From: Eledone cirrhosa
Taxonomy: Eukaryota
DNA length: 64,000 bases
Direction: 5' to 3'
NCBI GenBank assembly: GCA_964016885.1
Contig: OZ024754.1
Coordinates: 4,960,001 to 5,024,000, forward strand
The translations under genes were made by a program, and so were the position numbers. The notes below the pieces were generated by a model. That model saw only the letters and a program-made list of their open reading frames with translations, did no database searches and had not been told where the DNA came from. The first letter of the stretch is position 1. The number at the start of each line of letters is the position of its first letter. Of the stretch, positions 13,646-27,852 are shown piece after piece.

Positions 13646-16028
13646 CATCAGCATGGTGGTTGAAACACTTCAGTGATATAGAAAATACTTTGCTGTATTT
13701 AGTTATGTCCCTTTATTGATTTAGTTCATACCCTATATTTAGGAGGGTGGGGGTTACTTAAAATGTACCTATCATGTTGTGAGGGAGTTGATTCAATTTT
13801 GCGATAATGTTTATTTTATAAATTTATTAATTTTTTTTGTTATTTAACAAGAGGCTCTATATTAAAAAAAACACTTCATTTTAAAATGTTTATCTGTATC
13901 TAAAAACTTCCATCATCATTTTTGGAAGAACTAAACACCAATTTAATAACGAGAAAGTTAGTTATATTATTTAATCCCTTCAAATTCTTGATTATTTTAA
14001 AAATTATTTGAAACTCATAGGTATTGTCTATTAGAAATATGGTATTGAAATGGGTTAAAATGTTTATATTTATTTAAAAAACCTATCATGATATTATGGA
14101 AGACAATTTATTTTGTTTTAAACATGAAATTAATAATAAGAAATTTACCTATGTAACTAAATCCCTTTGAATTCTTTATTATATAGAAGAAATCACAGGT
14201 AGTGTATGTACTCCATTACAAAGATGGTGATAAAAGGGGTAAGATTTAATGATATCAGTCCTGTATTTTATGGTATTTTATGAATACCGAAATCCTTACA
14301 GTTCTGATATTTTCGTGTAAATTCTTATGTAAGATTGCTACTGTTTTCTCTCCTCCTGGAATGTGTCAACCTTTCAGTTATTATATGTTCACTTATAGAA
14401 AGTTTTGTTGGGTTCATTACTATGTTAGGACTGCTGCCCTCTCCCCCTATCATTAAAACACCCAAGGAACCTCCTATGACATGCTCGTTAAACCTATGCA
14501 GGTGTGAGCTAACAACAATAATTATACAAATACTCATTAACTTTTTCGTTACTATATTTCTAATGAAAGATACTGATTATTATTTTCAGATATAATCAAG
14601 AAAATAATCAAGAATTTTGAAAGATTTAGTAATATAACTTTCTCATTATTTATCTGGTGTTTAGAACATAATTAATTAATCAAGGTTTCTTACGTAAAAC
14701 TATGATTGAGGTTTTTAGATAAATATAAACACTTTAAAACAAAGTGTAGTATTGTAAAACCAGAGGTAGTTTAATATCAAATAGTTAAATAATTGTTTCT
14801 ACATTTGGCACAAGGCCAGCAATTATCCCAGTGTATTACTGGTACTTTATTTTTTCGACCCCCATAAGGATGAAAGGCAAAGTTAACCGTGGCGGGATTT
14901 GGACTCAGAATAGTTAAATGTTTTGAATTTCGGAACACTAAGTAATTTTTTAGGGGAGGAGAAAATCAATTAAATTAACTCTAGTATTTGATGATGATGA
15001 TGATGATGATAATAATAATAATAGGTTAAGTAGATTAGTTGAATTGGTAGAGCATTAAGCAACATTCTTTGTGGTATTTAGATGCATTCCTTTCTAAGTT
15101 TGAATTTGAGTTTGTTTCATCAGTTGATATCATTTCAGTGTAGATCAGGCAAAGATAAATGAAGAACTGGGGGTTTGTTTGTATATAAAATATTATTTTA
15201 AAAAAATTATGTGGTAAAGGAAATTGCCACCCTTCAGTGAATTTGTTGGAGAATAGGATTGTTTGAGGACCCTACCCTCACGGCCCTCTCAGGAATAAGT
15301 GGGTAAAGAAGAAAAAGAATAGCAAGAGAGTCCCTCATGAATCTGATCACTCTCAGCATTTACTCATATAGTGAAGGTACTTGAAATATCAGGTTAATCT
15401 TCGATCTGAGGGTTTCTTTGATAAAATCCATGAGGCTGTCCTATCCCAATATTTTTACATTTCATTTCATTCAGTCCATTTTTGTTTTCTGTGCCTGCTT
15501 TTCTTTAATAATCAGTTCTGCATAAACCTCTCACCATTTCGTTTCCATATTCCTAATGAAGGACATGGCTTATAATTTCAAAAATAATCAAGAATTTGGA
15601 AGGATTCTTATTATAAAATTGAGGCCCAGGAACCTAACCCAAGTAAAATTATTATTGAAGGTTTTTTGATTCATATAAACACAAACAAAATAGTTTTGTA
15701 TTATAGAACTGGGTGTGGTGTCAGAGGGTTTAGTGTAAAAAATAGTTAAATGTAAGAACCCCTTTGAATATCATGTTGAATTAAGTAAATTAGAAATGAC
15801 CTGCACACGTGTGTGTGTGTGTATATATATATATTTGTATGTATATATGTATAATTAGTTACAACATTGACATATACAGGTACTTAAGTTTCATTGGGTT
15901 ACACACTGCAACTTATACTGCTTGTTATATATAATTATATATATAACAACACACATACACACACACACAGACACAGAAACACACATACACATACACATAT
16001 ATATAATGTGTGTGTGTTAGCGAAATGT

Positions 16029-16126
16029 TCATTTTAGGTCTGCTTTCCAATGAATGCGATTTGCTACATTTTCAAGAAAAATTTGTGCTATTTCTTTAAA
16101 ATGAAATTGATCTGGTACCCCTTTTA
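16029..16126 (-). CDS. Candidate terminal coding exon, product unknown
   Basis: Strong acceptor tttacttttaacag| then phase-1 frame KGVPDQFHFKEIAQIFLENVANRIHWKADLK*. Unique, non-repetitive sequence, but no phase-compatible upstream exon was found. Confidence 0.25.
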
Positions 16127-16429
16127 CTGTTAAAAGTAAAATATATCCCCATCAGCTAGGGACTTGTCCCTGCTCAGTAACAAACCCTAAAAAACTCCCA
16201 TTTATCTCACTGAATTATGTTGGAAATACAGTCACTCTCATCTCTATTTGTATGTGTGTGTGTATATATATATATAACATATATATACATACACACATAC
16301 ATTTCTTTTCAAGCTTCCATATACAAGGTTTGCTCGGGAAATTTAGTGTTTTTTTTTTTTTGTTTTGTTTTTTTATAATTATATTCATTTAAATAAATTC
16401 CAGAAGGTTCCCCCCCCCCCGCTTGATTT

Positions 16430-16935
<506 letters not shown>

Positions 16936-17569
16936 CATTAATGGAGCTCATATCCTCATCATTACTAGATATTTATGTAAATATAGTTAGTGTGTGGTGT
17001 GTGTGTGGTGTGTTTGTTGCAGTGTTTGATGAGGTGGGAGTGCTGCAATGGAAGGGAAGTAGACATATATAAAATATTTATGTTGTTCTACTATAATTTC
17101 TCTCTCTTTGAGTTCAATATCTGCCTTGGTTTACTTTGCTTCTCATTCTTCTCTATTTAATAAAATTAATACCAGTAATACGCTGTGTTTAATTTCGGCA
17201 AACTAAACCACTGTATCCCAATTTAAGGCATTAATTATTATAATTATTATTATTAACCCATGTCTTTCATCTTTACAGGGGTCTATAAAATAAAGTATCA
17301 GTAACACACTGGGTCGATTTAATCAGCCTTCCCCTTTCGTAAAATTGTTAGCCTTCTGTCTAAATTAGAGACCATTCTTATTAACCCTTGCAATACCAAA
17401 CCACCCCCTAATTCTACAATACAAAGCTGTATATTTTCAAGTGTTTCTATCTTTCTAAAATCTTTCTATCATAACTTTATGTAAGAACCTTTTCTTCAGT
17501 TATATTCTAAATACCGAGTTATATTATTAAACCTTTCAAATTCTTGATTAATTTCAAAATTATTTAAAA

Positions 17570-17911
17570 ATCATAGACAGTGTCCTTTCATTAGAAATAT
17601 GGTAATTTAAGGGTTAAAGACATAGGCAGTGTCCTTTCATTAGACATGACATATAGTAATTTAAGGGTTAAAGACATAGGCAGTGTCTTTCATTAGAAAT
17701 ATGGTAATTTAAGGGTTAAAGACATAGGCAGTGTCTTTCATTAGACATATAGTAATTTAAGGGTTAAAAACATAGGTAGTGTCTTTCATTAGACATATAG
17801 TAATTTAAGGGTTAAAGACATAGGCAGTGTCTTTCATTAGAAATATAGTAATTTAAGGGTTAAAGACATAGGCAGTGTCTTTCATTAGAAATATGGTAAT
17901 GAAAGGGTTAA
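17570..17911. repeat. 48-bp tandem array of a MITE terminus (~7 copies)
   Basis: Unit agacataggcagtgtctttcattagaaatatggtaatttaagggttaa, which is the TIR plus TTAA end of the adjacent family 2 MITE at 17381-17617. Confidence 0.92.
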
Positions 17912-18735
17912 CCATTATTATATCAACCCACTCATTTTAATGAATTCCTATTTACATTAAAATCTTCCAAAATAATTTTATATAAGAACCATATGTTAAT
18001 TACTATGTTAGTAATGAAATAATTCCTGGTTTCAGTAAATATTAATTAATTAGTTTAAATAGGTTGTATGTTGTTCGGAATGCAACTAGGAAATGGTTAA
18101 TATTTTAATATTAAAATCACAAGTCACTTGATATAGAAACTAATATATTTAAATCTTGGAAAAGTGTTTACCATTATCAGTATTATTATTATTATTATTA
18201 TTTAATCAACTTTCCCCTCCCCACAAAATTATTGATCTTGTGCCTAAATCAGAAAGCATTATTATTCCCTTTATGGTCTGAGTTCAAATCCCGCCAAGGT
18301 TAACTTTGCCTTTCATCCTTACGGGGTTGATAAAATAAAGTACCAGTAATACACTGGAATAATTGCTGGCCTTGTGCCAAAAGTAGAAACGATTATTATT
18401 ATTATTTTATTTTATTTTATATTTTTATATTTTCATTGTTAAATTAGTCTTGCCATTGTGCACTTTTACTCAACCTTATTGTAAACCCCCACTGTCCCTG
18501 TCTTTGTATTGTCCCCTACATGTCGGCCCTTGTGGCTAATAAATGAAATCATTATTATCATTATATAGTGAAAGGATCTAAGTTTTTAATTTAAATCCTG
18601 CTGCAGTTAAATTTATCTTCCATCTTTCCATTCCGGGGTTGACTTTCTCCTTGTCACTCAAAATTGCTGGCCTTGTGCCTAAATTAAAAATAATAATAAT
18701 TATTATTATGTCAGCCCTTGTGGCCAATAAAGAAA

Positions 18736-18766
<31 letters not shown>

Positions 18767-19667
18767 ACTGAACTGAAGACAAGAAAGAGATTAGATATTT
18801 TCTTCTAGTATCTTCTTTTAATTTCATTATTTCAAATCTTTGTAGCTTTTTGAGTAATATTTTCTTGTTTTACGTCTCATGTCAGTGGATACAGGTATTT
18901 TTTGTAAAATATCACACATCACATATATGTATATATAAACAGGGTGTCATAAAAAAAAATATATATACACCTTGATTACCTGTACAGGTAATATTTATTA
19001 GAATACACAGCCTTTGTATATATATATATAATGTGTATTGAGAGGGAGACCTTAATGTGAAACCTCGTTTTGTTTTCAATATATACACCTTACCTTAGTG
19101 TAGATGAGTGATTTTGGTACCTGCTTCAGTAAACCACAAATCTATTCAACCACCTATTATAAATATATATGTATATATTCTTACATAAAATTATATAACA
19201 CGTATATAATATAATATAATATATTATATACATGTTACATTATATTTTATATTACATATAATATTTAAATTATTAGTAAATAAATATCGAAGTAAGACTA
19301 TCTGTTATTGACCTGTGGTCAGGTTTAGTTAACTAACTGTTGTTAAATATCTAAACAACCCCTAAAAATACTGTTAACCCCTTCGTTACGGTATTTCTAA
19401 TAAAATACACACCCTAAATAATTTTGAAAAAAATTTGTAACGATTGAATAAACTAATTAACGTTATTTTACGGTCTGAGTTCAAATCCCGTCGAGGTTCA
19501 CTTTGCCTTTCATCCTTACGGGGTCGATAAAATAGAGTACCAGTAATGTACTGAGTAATTGCTGGCCTTGTGCCAAAAGTAGAAACAATTATTATTATTA
19601 GGTTGACGTTTGGTGTAATACTTGACAACATTTTGATAGACTTTAATATATATATATATATACATAT

Positions 19668-19865
19668 ATGGTGGCTGCCAACTCGTTTTCGACTACGGCC
19701 ACTACTTTATATCCATGTAGGAGAACCCCTACCGATGCGCTGAACGAGTGTGACTTTTTAGTCCAGCCAGCGACTTGAAAACTCTGGTACAAACACTACA
19801 CTTGTGACAATTATTGACACATAGTGCTGGCCCCATGGTACCATGTAACAAGTGCAGAGAGATCT
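19668..19865 (-). mobile_element. 3' end of an RTE-type LINE with C-terminal C2H2 finger
   Basis: Translates CHKCSVCTRVFKSLAGLKSHTRSAHR*, with a short 3' UTR running into (TA)n. Confidence 0.65.
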
Positions 19866-19878
19866 CCATATATATATA

Positions 19879-20041
19879 TAAGAGAGTATTGAAGTTTGCT
19901 TGAAGCATTGTGGAACAATAAGTAAATATCTTTAAGTCGTTTGGAAGCCTCGACAATGCAAATGGGTAAATCTCCGGGTAACAAGGTCCGGTTACCCGGA
20001 GATTTACCCATTTGCATTGTCGAGGCTTCCAAACGACTTAA

Positions 20042-20047
<6 letters not shown>
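19879..20047. mobile_element. (TA)n-embedded element with perfect 57-bp inverted repeat
   Basis: Arms 19926-19982 and 19991-20047, 8-nt spacer, and a one-sided extension at 19879-19925. Confidence 0.8.
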
Positions 20048-20098
<51 letters not shown>

Positions 20099-20939
20099 CG
20101 TTTAAAGACGGGCAGTTTTTTGTATAATAGAACTGGGAACTATTTTAGGCGTTTCGGTATCAAATGGGTTAAACAAAGATATGTATGTGAGGGTGTCCCA
20201 AAACAATTTATACACACTTCAACAGCATTCAAATAAATAATGCCTCTACAGGTAATCAAAGAGTGTATATATTTTTAGGGACACCCTATTTATATATATA
20301 TATATATATATATAGGGGCTCCCTAAAATGTGTGTATATATATAAATATATATATATTGGAGTTATTTGTTCGGAGGTTATTTTTGATTTTCAATTTTTT
20401 TTCTAGGGGTCGGTAAAATAAAGTACCTGTGAAGTACTGGGGGTTGTTGACTTAATGTACTCACCTCCTCTTCCTTCTGTTGCTCCTAAAATGGTTGGCC
20501 TTGAACCTAAATTAGAAACTAATTAAAGGAGATGAATTACAAGAATTGTTAGCACGTCAGTCGAAATAATTTGCAGTATTTCGTTACAACGGCCCTTTAC
20601 GTTCTGGGTTTAAATCCCGCCGACGTCAACTTTGGCTTTCATTCTTCTGGGACCCGTCTACTTGACTCCCTCATCATCATCTACCCCAAAATACATTGCT
20701 GGCCTTGTGCCTAAATTACAAACCATTTTGATAGCTGTTATTGCTGTTGTTGTTAACCGCTGTTTTTCTTTCCTAGTCTCACCCCCCCCCCCCTTATATA
20801 ATACTGAATTACATTAACTAACGTGGTTTATCATCCGTTACATAATTGTTGATAGAAATCTGTTAGTTTGTCCTGGAATTACACACGGTTTGGGGTTCAA
20901 TACCCCGGCACGGTACATTGGACATGTCTCATATATATA

Positions 20940-20989
<50 letters not shown>

Positions 20990-21052
20990 GGGTTGTATTA
21001 AGCACTACCCAATTACCAGTAAGAGAAAAGGCTCCGCTATGTACACTACACA

Positions 21053-21349
<297 letters not shown>

Positions 21350-21574
21350 TCATTTATCTTGTTTATGTTCACGACTTTGCGGTTCGGTAAAAGAAAAAAA
21401 TTCGAATACCAAATTTGAAAGAAAATAAAGTACTAACATCGATATGAAGAACTAAAATCAAGGTAGTGCTCCAGCTTGGTAGCAGTCTAATACCTGGAAC
21501 TAATAAAAGTGTACTAGAGGTTGTTTTTCTCCAATTCAATAACAAGTTCCATTCTGCATTTATTAACGAAATGT

Positions 21575-21602
21575 ATGATTTGGCCCATCTACTTCCGGTT
21601 CT
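21575..21602. promoter_or_regulatory. Possible promoter element (ETS site)
   Basis: ACTTCCGGTT (reverse ACCGGAAGT, ETS consensus) in unique sequence next to a CT tract. Single motif only. Confidence 0.25.
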
Positions 21603-21634
21603 GTAATTTTACATAAGCAAAACCTTGCCTCCCG

Positions 21635-21675
<41 letters not shown>

Positions 21676-22429
21676 CCTCCCTCTCTCTCCCTCCGTCTCC
21701 CCCCCCTTCTCTCTCTGTCTCTCTTGTAACACTGCACTCAGCTACAGTGCTGCTACTACTACTGCTGTGATTCAGAGCTTTTCCATTATTAAGGACCCCG
21801 TTTATTATTGAAAGGAATTTTTCCACGGACCCCAGGCTTTTGAAAAAAAGTGTACATATTATTGAACAAGCCCGTGTAGCCCCCACCACACCAAGTGCTG
21901 CCTTTGTGACCCTTCCAAAGATCCGCAGAGCTCAGGATGGGTAGAAACCGCTACTCTACCTTATATTCGTTACCTACATTTCCTTTCAACAGTTCACTCC
22001 ATTGACCATATAGTTAGTTAACTGTCCATCTAGTTATTGTTGTAGTTTAAACCCCTCCAGCCAGCCCTCGTCCTGCAGGCTTCCTTATTTCCAGCGCTGG
22101 AATTATATATCAGTTAGATTTTAGCTGCTATTTCTAGCAAGTCAAGCCATCGTGGAGTAAGATCCGACGCTGGTTGACTAAACTATCCGTCCAATTATCT
22201 ATCTATCTATCTATCTATCGTGATAACGATCCAGCCGAAGATGGTTGACATGGAGATGCTACTGCCAAAATTTGCCTAGCCTAGCTTGGGGATTTCTATG
22301 TCAAATGTCACCGCTATGTATGTAATAGCTAAGCTATTCCACACGTCGTCTTATCTGTCAAGACATATAGTTGTCAATTCCGACTGTCCGTCTCGCTATC
22401 TATCTGTCTGTCCGGCCGTCTGTCCCTCC

Positions 22430-22465
<36 letters not shown>

Positions 22466-22607
22466 CTGTCTACTTGACTTAGCTGGTCAGACCATGTGTA
22501 TAGCTGTCATATCAGTTATAAATCTGTCAAATTGTCCATTCAGCTGTCCAGTCAACTTGCCTGTCAAACCACCGTAGCTGTGTATAGCTGTCAACTAAAT
22601 TATAGAC

Positions 22608-22619
22608 ATACACACACAC

Positions 22620-22689
<70 letters not shown>

Positions 22690-23101
22690 GTATATATATA
22701 TTTATGTATATATATATTTGTGTATATATATATATTTATGTGTATATCTATATATTTATGTGTATATATATATTTATGTATTTATATATATATTTATGTA
22801 TATATATATTTGTATATATATATTTATGTATATATATATATATTTATGTATATATATATATATTTATGTATATATATATATATTTATGTATATATATATA
22901 TATATATATATTTTATGTATATATATATATATTTATGTATATATATATATATATATATTTTATGTATATATATATATATATATTTTATGTATATATATAT
23001 ATATATATTTTATGTATATATATATATATATATTTTATGTATATATATATATATATATATATTTATGTATATATATATACTTATGTATATGTATATATAT
23101 T

Positions 23102-23140
<39 letters not shown>
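22608..23140. repeat. Compound (TA)n-TTTATG microsatellite array
   Basis: Repeated tttatg(ta)n units. Confidence 0.95.
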
Positions 23141-23142
<2 letters not shown>

Positions 23143-23790
23143 CTAGCTGTCGTGTGTCCACCATCATTACCCAACCAACCAACCACACCCAAGCTTAGCT
23201 GTCGTTCTAGTTGTCCACGTTAAATTTACTTGACTTAAATATTCTCCTTCATTTATTCATTCATTCATTCTCGCATTCGTGTTTTTTTATTATTTTAATT
23301 TTATTTATTTATTTATTTATTAGTTTTATTGTTACTTTGCCTTCTCTTTCTTGTCTTTACCAGCCTCTTCTGTAATGTAATGTAGTCCTGTTAACACACA
23401 CCGGCTTTATCTTTCTTTCTACACCTTACTCATCAAACTAATTCTTTCTCTTGCTTACACCGAACACTTGCGCTCACACAGACAAAGACACACACACACA
23501 CACACATAGACGGACATACTCTCTCACACACACACACATAGACATACTCACACATATAGACAGACATATACATACATAGAGACATATACTCTCTCACATA
23601 GACAGACATATACACTCTCATATAGACAAATACACTCTCACAGACACATACACACTCTCACACAGACAGACGTATAATATCTTTCTTCCTCCGCCTCTCT
23701 CACAACACAATCGAGTTATTTCATTGCTTTTATGGACATTCAATATCCATAACTGCATAACTGGATATATAGCTAATGTGCTTGATACAA

Positions 23791-23832
<42 letters not shown>

Positions 23833-23905
23833 CATTGTTATATATATATACAGACAGTTATAAAATATTTACTTGTTGTAACCCAACAATTTTAAATAAA
23901 ACTTT

Positions 23906-23949
<44 letters not shown>

Positions 23950-23986
23950 CATATGTACACAAACAAACATATATATATATATATAT

Positions 23987-24188
23987 AGGAACGAGTAGGA
24001 CCCCGACAGCTGAGCTCAAGCCGTTTCGACGGCTAATTCTGGACTAATTTAGTCCAGAATTAGCCGTCGAAACGGCTTGAGCTCAGCCGTCGGGGTCCTA
24101 CTCGTTCCTATTACCCACTCTACTACCCTAAGTATTGAGTACTTTGGTGCGTTATGGTCCACCTGGTTCCTTACCACATTTCCTTCGT
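23987..24188 (+). mobile_element. HH-B element with inverted 5' arm in (TA)n
   Basis: Short inverted arm 23987-24047 and long arm 24049-24188. GAAA at 24069-24072, GTC triplet at 24089-24091. Confidence 0.88.
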
Positions 24189-24222
<34 letters not shown>

Positions 24223-24230
24223 TCATGATC

Positions 24231-24366
24231 TCACTACTACACCTATATGTGTATGTGTCACTACTACACCTACAAGTGTATGTGTCACTACTACACCTAT
24301 ATGTGTATGTGTCACTACTACACCTATATGTGTATGTGTCACTACTACACCTATATGTGTATGTGT
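24231..24366. repeat. 27-bp minisatellite x5
   Basis: Unit cactactacacctatatgtgtatgtgt. Confidence 0.95.
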
Positions 24367-25383
24367 GTTCGTGTCGTTTAGATAACTGTGTCCTCCTTCC
24401 ATTCGCTTGATTAACTAAAACACGTGCGTATATTATATATACTTCCATATATATATATTATATATATATGTGTGTGTTACGTATGTATGTATATATATTT
24501 ATATATAATACATATACTTCCATGTGTGTTTGTAATGTTATATACACTTCCATATGTGTGTGAGTGTGTGAATATATATATATATATATATATGTATGTA
24601 ACTTCATATATGTGTGTGTGTGTATATATATATACGTACATACACACCTCCATGTGTGTTTCTTTATGCATTATATATACTTCCATGATGGAATATAAGT
24701 TCGTCAATCGATATTTTGTTTAATTGATTCTAATAGCTTTCACTTTGGAATTTGATTTTTGTCCATGATAAATTCTTGTCGAAAAAAACCCAGCAACAAC
24801 AACAAAAACGTCACTCCCCACCTCTCCCCGTCCATTTCTCTTACATTCCATTTCAACAAAAAAACATCATCAACAACGACAACAACATCTGAAATAACAA
24901 AGAAATAGAATCTGTCTGATATTTGGAAAATTGACAATTCCTTCGTTTTTGAACTGATTCGGTTCGTATGCAAATTAGAATCTAAAAACCATTATGAAAC
25001 AGAGATTGCCCTCGCCACGACATATGTTTTGTGTCTTTTACAACTTGTAATGTGGACTGAGGGGGGGGGGGGATCCAGGGGGGAAAAAAACCCGTCATTT
25101 CATTTAAAACATCATTTTGAAAAAAGATGAGCAATTTATTTTGAACACTAGAAACTTATATTTATAAAGATATTAAGAAAGGAAGAAAAGGAAGAGAAGG
25201 AAAGAAAATGTTTAAATTCTGCTTTAACCAGCTTGTTACCATATTTTTAATGAAAGGCACCACTTCTGCCTATAATTTTCAAATCATTTTGAAAATATTC
25301 AAGAATTTCGAAAATTTGAGTGGTAATACACATTTCTACATTATTAAGTTGTTCGAAGGTTCCAGCATAAAATTATGGTAGAG

Positions 25384-25447
<64 letters not shown>

Positions 25448-25753
25448 CTTTAAAATAAACATTTTAGTATATTGTAGAATCAGGGTCGGTTTCAAGTAAC
25501 ACATTCTTTTCCGAGCCAAAGAAAAGTGAAACTTTCTCTCCTGGGATTTTTATTTCCGTTCACCACGTGTTTGGTACTTGTTATTTTGTAGAGGGTAGTG
25601 GAAGTTTTAGAATGACGGAAAGATGGCATCGCAATTTCCAAATGTTTTATGGGAAGAGAGGAACTATATTTGTGTGTTGGTGTTTTTGGCAGCATCAGTT
25701 AAACAAGGTGCTAGCCATGCTCTTATTTTTTATTTACAAGAATAGCCCGTCAC

Positions 25754-25830
<77 letters not shown>

Positions 25831-26240
25831 CGAAATGTTAACAAATGAAAAATATTCTCATAATCAAAATATATACTTTATTATATACATTTCAAATGTA
25901 CTGTGTTGTTTTTTCAGTACGTCCTCATCAGACAAAATATGATTTGATATATGATATACCACTACGCTACGGTCTTGATTATTGGTTATATATATAATAG
26001 TAATAAACGAAAGATATATATTTATATCCTCTCTATTTATTTTATTATATATATTTCGATGACGCAAAGTTTTATGTAGAACATAAACCAGAACATGTCC
26101 TCCTCAAACAAAATACATGTGAGATGTATAGTTTTTCATGATATGCTTGTATGCTGGTAGCCGAACGAGCTGGACAGATCGGTGACCACCAAGCATATGA
26201 CTAGAAAAAAAATATATATATACATATAGAGAGAGAGAGA

Positions 26241-26287
26241 GAAATAGCTTCTACAGGACTAGAACCGTTTCATTCGTAGGAAATCAT
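26241..26287 (-). mobile_element. HH-A fragment truncated at ATGA
   Basis: Reverse strand ATGA-tttc-ctac-gaat-GAAA-cggttctagtcctg-TA-gaagct. Confidence 0.8.
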
Positions 26288-26833
26288 ATATATATATAAA
26301 ACGAAGTATGTATAGTTGTGTGTGCGTGTGAAGAATGACTTGTTTTATATTCGTATCAATAAGCAAACCGGTCGACTTTTTCACCTCTCTCTCTCTCACT
26401 GTGGTTACCCCCTATCTCTCTCTCTCTGTGGTTACCCCCATTGAACCCCTGATTTCTATATATTAAGATAGTGACCCCAGAGAGATCCTTGGCGAGGCTT
26501 TCCATGCCCGTAATTATTGTTTTATTGCTTAGATCCAGGTCAACACTTGATCCAACAGGACACATTACTCGGTATATGTCGAAAGAGATATGACTGCTAT
26601 TTCTAGCAGTTTTCAGCGACTACATAGCATTTAAACGTAGCTGGTTTGTATATAGTGTGTTATAGTATTTGGAGATATACAAACTGTAGTATTTGTATGT
26701 GTTGAATGTTGTATTCGCGTGAGAATTCTTAGTTTATCGAGTCAATATGTTACCCACGTGTTGTGTTTAATATTTAGAAAACACGAAATACCACTCTTAA
26801 AATTAAAATGTTTTATACACCTCTCTCTCTATG

Positions 26834-26907
<74 letters not shown>

Positions 26908-27411
26908 CACACACACAAAAACGTGTCTGTGTTTTTGTCCCAACGTCTTGTCGTTCGACAATAAGCGATCGATAAAATAAGTCACAGATTTGATAATCTA
27001 GGTTGTGGGGTTGATATGATCCACTAAACGAGGGGTGCCACAGTTTGAGCACATTATAATTATTGAAACCAATATAAGAAATATATTATAGATATTTTAA
27101 AAAAAATTGAGTTAAATAATAACAATAATTATCATAATTATTATGATACCAGTGATTTTCATGGCCAGAAGTTTAATAAGGGGCATAATTTTAATAAGTG
27201 CACTTAAATACGTAGCACCGTTTTCTCGAGTCACTTGTATAGTTTCACAGCTTTAATAATAAAAAAGACCCATCACTTTCTATCCCATTTGTATGTATGT
27301 GTGCATGTATATTTATATACACACACACACACGTTTGTTTCCTACGTCAAAGTGAAGAAAGTTCAATTCATAGAATAGAATATTATTACTTCATTTCATT
27401 ACGCATTTACC

Positions 27412-27445
<34 letters not shown>

Positions 27446-27515
27446 ATATATATATATTCTGCCCTACAGTTGGGCCTTCACCGTTTCGATGGCAAATGAT
27501 AGCCAGGGCCAGTAA

Positions 27516-27575
<60 letters not shown>

Positions 27576-27579
<4 letters not shown>

Positions 27580-27731
27580 CAGAATGGATGCAGTCTATCA
27601 GACCATTATACTCACAGGAGTACTCGATACTTGGGTTAGTAGAGTTGGTTAATATGAACGATTCGGGACCCCGGCGGCTGAGCTCCTGCCGTTTCAACAG
27701 CTAGATTCGAACTAGTCCCGAATCCTTCATT
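27576..27731 (-). mobile_element. HHR element family HH-C (HH-B relative)
   Basis: Reverse strand ATGA-aggattcgggactagttcgaatctagctgtt-GAAA-cggcaggagctcagccgcc-ggggtc...caagtatcgagtactc, between (TA)n and (CA)n. Related fragments at 32288-32341 and 52402-52456. Confidence 0.75.
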
Positions 27732-27784
27732 ACACACACACACACACACACATATGTGTGTGTCTATATATATGTGTATATATA

Positions 27785-27852
<68 letters not shown>

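Noticed and set aside
14325-15440. Possible minus-strand exon pair (DSLMDFIKETLRSKINLIFQVPSLYE / FNEHVIGGSLGVLMIGG...)
   Set aside because: Phases match, but the upstream acceptor is purine-rich and no protein family is recognised. Too weak to call.
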